A DNA stretch of 64,000 nt from Candidatus Borrarchaeum weybense (GTDB lineage: Archaea; Asgardarchaeota; Sifarchaeia; Borrarchaeales; Borrarchaeaceae): assembly GCA_019057385.1 (NCBI GenBank), contig JAHQJS010000007.1:288001-352000 (forward strand), written 5' to 3'. Of the stretch, positions 60,633 to 64,000 are shown piece by piece. Under the pieces are notes generated by a model. That model worked only from the letters and a program-made list of their open reading frames with translations, ran no database searches and was not told the origin of the DNA. Positions within the stretch are counted from its first letter, which is position 1; every line of letters begins with the position of its first letter. The translations under genes were made by a program, and so were the position numbers.

Positions 60633-60915
60633 GTCAATCACCCCCTACCAAGTAAGGGGGCTTGTTTCGTGAGGAACAAGAGTAATTGGTTGATTAGCCT
60701 AAGAGAGGTCATATAGTTTATGACGATATCTACGTTATCAGGAGAGTTAAAGAACGCACCAAGGGATGCTTCTCTAGTCCCTTGCTCTGTAAACGGTGGT
60801 TTAAACAGAGAGGAAACTCTCAGTGATCATCGTATAGTACTGACTGATAACCTTGGCGAAGAGAATCTACTCCCTTGGTGTTGGGAGCGGCGGGACTTGC
60901 GAGTACCCGTCATTA
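60633..60915 (+). ncRNA. HEARO / IscB omegaRNA
   Basis: GTCAATCACCC..GTTGATTAGCCTAAG..CTACGTT..GCACC..GGATGCTTCTCTAGTCC..GCTCTG..TTAAACAG..CAGTG..AACCTTGGCGAAGAGAA, in the order typical of HEARO; 3' end approximate. Confidence 0.8.
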
Positions 60916-61012
60916 AAACACACCTATGGATACCTACCCCTGTGCTCGCAGAAAGGGTAGAGTGTACAATCCATTCCCCCAACAAGCTGGGGGGTCTTCT
61001 TGGACGGAAGTA
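60633..61012 (+). mobile_element. Non-autonomous IscB-type IS200/IS605 element (380 bp) with the iscB ORF deleted
   Basis: Starts GTCAA + hairpin; ends with hairpin CCCCCAACAAGCTGGGGGG, then TCTT, then ATAA target; inserted between purQ and purM. Confidence 0.85.
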
Positions 61013-61018
61013 ATAAAA

Positions 61019-62134
61019 ATGCGATATTCAGACGTAGTGGATTACGATATTTTAGATCCAGTTAAAAGGAAAGCTTTAGAATTATTTCAATCAACATTTG
61101 GAACAATTGAAGATAGATTACGAATAAGAGTCGCCCCCGTTGGTGAAACCGCAGCTGTATTGGATTTTCTTGATTATGATTTTATGTTAGCGTTTAATGT
61201 TGAGGGACTTGGAACAAAAAATGTGATTGCAGATAGAATATATCAAGAATTAACTGATAAAAAAGAAATTGCTAAAAAAATGAAGGCTAAAGAAGCCTAC
61301 CGGTTTATTGGTCAAGATACTGTAGCTATGTCCCTTATAGATTTATTAGCAGTAGGTGCAGACCCAATTGCTTATGGAGATTTGATAACAGCAGGAGATT
61401 CTGATTGGTTCCAAGATCTTGAAAGGGTAGATGAGTTACTATATGGTTTTAAAGTTGCTGCAGAATTAGCAGGTTGTGCTATACCCTGCGGTGAAACCCC
61501 TACTTTACAAAATGTAGTGTATCCAGAAACCTTAGATTTAGCTGGTGCCTCTGTTGGTATCATTAAACCAAAAAGTCGTTTTATGTATGGCCAAAAGATA
61601 AAAAGTGGAGATTGTATCTATGGCCTTCCCAGCGATGGAATATGCTCAAACGGGGTTTCAAAAGCAAGAAAAATTGCTGAGAAATTACCTGAAGGATATT
61701 TCACAAAATTACCTAATGGTAGAGAATTGGGTCAGGAATTACTAACGCCTACACCTATTTATGTAAGACCAGTAATTGAAATGCTTGATCAAGGAGTAGA
61801 CTTACATTATATTGCGCCAATAACTGGACATGGATGGAAAAAAATTGCAAGAGCGCGATTTCCATTCACATATGTCATTGAAAGTGTACCCGAACCACCT
61901 TTATTATTTCAAGCTCTAGTTGAATTTGGGAAAGAATACGGCTTCAATGTTTCTGACGAAGAAAACTATCAAGTATGGAATATGGGAGTTTTTTTGGTAT
62001 TGATAGCACCCACAGAAGCAGAAGAAACAATAAAACAAATTGCAGAAAAATATAAAAGTGAAATATACAAACTAGGTTTTGTAGATGAAGGAGAAAAGCG
62101 GATTTTGATTAAACCTAAAAATATAGTATATTAA
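61019..62134 (+). CDS. purM: AIR synthetase (FGAM cyclo-ligase)
   Basis: EGLGTK, GETP, DLAG, SNGVS, PITGHG and WNMG motifs; native ATG 61019 (the ORF-track start at 60926 lies in the inserted element). Confidence 0.93.
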   Translation: MRYSDVVDYDILDPVKRKALELFQSTFGTIEDRLRIRVAPVGETAAVLDFLDYDFMLAFNVEGLGTKNVIADRIYQELTDKKEIAKKMKAKEAYRFIGQDTVAMSLIDLLAVGADPIAYGDLITAGDSDWFQDLERVDELLYGFKVAAELAGCAIPCGETPTLQNVVYPETLDLAGASVGIIKPKSRFMYGQKIKSGDCIYGLPSDGICSNGVSKARKIAEKLPEGYFTKLPNGRELGQELLTPTPIYVRPVIEMLDQGVDLHYIAPITGHGWKKIARARFPFTYVIESVPEPPLLFQALVEFGKEYGFNVSDEENYQVWNMGVFLVLIAPTEAEETIKQIAEKYKSEIYKLGFVDEGEKRILIKPKNIVY

Positions 62135-62253
62135 GAGCAAGATTGATGAATACTTCAATTTAGGAATTGATAAACTATTGTATATCAAGACAATAGAGAT
62201 TTTGCTAATATATTTTCTTTGAAAACAAATAGAGAAAACAGGAGCTATGTTTT

Positions 62254-63441
62254 ATGCGAAATAGAAAGATCCTAATGATTCCAGGCCCTTCTGAGGCTCA
62301 TCCTGATGTTTTAAATGTATTATCACAACCAGTTATGCCCCATTATGGAAATGAATGGGGGGACATATATGAAGATACTTGCCAACAACTCAAAAAAATC
62401 TTCAACACAAAACAATCAGTTATTATTCTTGCTGGACCTGGAGGCTTAGGTTTAGAACTGTCTGTTGCAAACTTAATTGAACCAGGCGATAAAGCAATTG
62501 TTGTCCATAATGGGTTTTTTGGAGAACTATATGGACGAGTAGTTGAATTATACGAAAGTATGCCTGTTGTCACAACAAGAAATTATGGAGAGGCCGCTGA
62601 TGTTAATTCAATAAAGGAAAAGTGTGAGCAAGAAGATATTAAAGCAATTTTCCTGGTTCATAATGAAACATCAACAGCTGTAGCAAATCCAGTGAAAGAA
62701 ATAGGTGAGATAGCAAAAAAGAATGGTATATTGTATGCTGTTGATGCAATTTCATCTTTTGGAGGAATGGAGCTTCGATGTGACGATTGGAACATTGATG
62801 TATGCGTAGGCTATGCAAGTAAAGCGCTAGGCAGCATTATGGGCGTTACTCCAGTGATGCTCAGTGAAAAAACATGGGAAGTAGCTAAAAACAGAAAACA
62901 GCCCATTAGAGGTAGATATTTGAATCTCAATGTATGGGAGGAATACATAGAAGAATTGACAGAAATAGGGCATCCATTTCCTGCATCAGTGCCAACTTCA
63001 GTAGTACTGGCACTAAGAAAAGCAATTGAATTAGCGCTAGAAGAAGGACTTGAGAATAGATATAAGAGGCACGCAATTTCAGCTAAAGCCGTTCGCGCAG
63101 GAATTCGAGCACTTGGTTTACAATGTCTGCCAAAAGAAGAAATCGCTTCTGACACGGTTACAGCCTTCAGATTACCAGATGAATTAAATGAAGACGAGGT
63201 TAGAAGAATCATTAACGGGAAGTATAATATCATGGTTTCTCTCATGAAAAATCTAATTGGTCTTAATGGCATTAGAATTGGACATATGGGTGTGACTGCC
63301 TCACAGTTTTATGTGATACCTACTCTAGCCGCTTTAGAACAAACTCTCTCTTCACTTGGTTTTAAAACAAAACCTGGGTCTGCAGTTATAGCAGCAATGG
63401 AAGTATATGGACAACACAACGCAATACAACAAGCAAAATGA
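62254..63441 (+). CDS. Class V PLP aminotransferase (alanine/serine-glyoxylate type)
   Basis: LMIPGP, VHNETST, VDAISS, ASKAL and RIGHMG motifs. Confidence 0.92.
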   Translation: MRNRKILMIPGPSEAHPDVLNVLSQPVMPHYGNEWGDIYEDTCQQLKKIFNTKQSVIILAGPGGLGLELSVANLIEPGDKAIVVHNGFFGELYGRVVELYESMPVVTTRNYGEAADVNSIKEKCEQEDIKAIFLVHNETSTAVANPVKEIGEIAKKNGILYAVDAISSFGGMELRCDDWNIDVCVGYASKALGSIMGVTPVMLSEKTWEVAKNRKQPIRGRYLNLNVWEEYIEELTEIGHPFPASVPTSVVLALRKAIELALEEGLENRYKRHAISAKAVRAGIRALGLQCLPKEEIASDTVTAFRLPDELNEDEVRRIINGKYNIMVSLMKNLIGLNGIRIGHMGVTASQFYVIPTLAALEQTLSSLGFKTKPGSAVIAAMEVYGQHNAIQQAK

Positions 63442-63558
63442 AAAAAATAAGGACATAGAAGTCTAGGTTACCGTGAAGTCGTGATAGTAAGTTATTTGTC
63501 TATTATCTGTTGGATTCATTCCTGTTATTTATAAACTCTGAAGATCTGTTTAATGTAC

Positions 63559-64000
63559 TCAACTGAGTTCAAAATCTATTTGACAAATTTCTGCTGGGCG
63601 TAAAGCGATGCGCTTAACTTGAGGGCTCTTACCAGTCACTAAATTGATTGCACCTCGTAGTATTCCTCCTACTGGACAGGCAGTATGCCCCTCAAGGTCA
63701 TAACCACCAACTCGTCGTGGACAAATAAGACATTGCTGAACTGCAATATGAGCGGAGTTATTGTCAAAGGAAATTTCGAGATCCTCTGCAATTCGTACCT
63801 CGTCAAGGACACTTTCAATGACTTCACTCTTAGAAGAATTGGTATTAATTTTCTTTTGATTTAACAATTCTTTGGCAACTTCTTGCCCCATCCAAGTTGC
63901 TAACACATCCATGGAACCCTGTGGGCCAAAATCAGGACTTAAAATATGAGTTCTTGACTTGACGAGTCCGACTCCTAAGCCTATAACCATCCGATTTAAG
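63559..64000 (-). CDS. V4R/methanogen-output-domain-like protein (probably 5' partial)
   Basis: CLIC..CPVGG..C metal-binding pattern; frame runs to the window edge. Confidence 0.55.
   Translation of the reverse strand, partial: LNRMVIGLGVGLVKSRTHILSPDFGPQGSMDVLATWMGQEVAKELLNQKKINTNSSKSEVIESVLDEVRIAEDLEISFDNNSAHIAVQQCLICPRRVGGYDLEGHTACPVGGILRGAINLVTGKSPQVKRIALRPAEICQIDFELS

Noticed and set aside
60926-61018. ORF-track N-terminus of purM as native sequence
   Set aside because: It lies almost entirely within the inserted element; conserved PurM begins at ATG 61019
1-64000. CRISPR array, rRNA or tRNA genes
   Set aside because: No regularly spaced repeats, cloverleaf or T-loop signatures, or rRNA-like tracts seen by eye; a tRNAscan-SE/Infernal run would be definitive

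Overview
Low-GC archaeal chromosomal window, probably from an Asgard archaeon (inferred from a stand-alone longin-like gene, SepCysS, archaeal Smc/ScpA/ScpB and TATA-type promoters). Housekeeping content includes TfrB-like, sucCD, pncA, pscS, a GT3 glycogen synthase, comDE-like, nadE, an FMN glutamate-synthase subunit and a large de novo purine cluster. The strongest novel signals are four. (1) A 32-nt canonical bulge-helix-bulge (BHB) intron at 19684-19715 splits a NifU/Nfu protein-coding gene, and its removal restores the conserved GACxGCPxSxMT motif. (2) An EhaR/EhaS/EhaT-like triad (HAD phosphatase, Ftr-like formyltransferase, PfkB kinase) sits between purD and purL in a cluster with no purN/purT, making it a candidate new route for GAR formylation. 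(3) An smc-scpA-scpB operon is headed by a catalytically degenerate AAA+ protein that starts at CTG. (4) There are five IS200/IS605 elements: one intact TnpB element, two 315-bp non-autonomous omegaRNA cassettes, one 447-bp element with an unusually large structured RNA, and one protein-less IscB/HEARO omegaRNA element inside the pur operon. No rRNA, tRNA or CRISPR array was seen. All calls come from reading the sequence by eye; no searches or folding programs were run.
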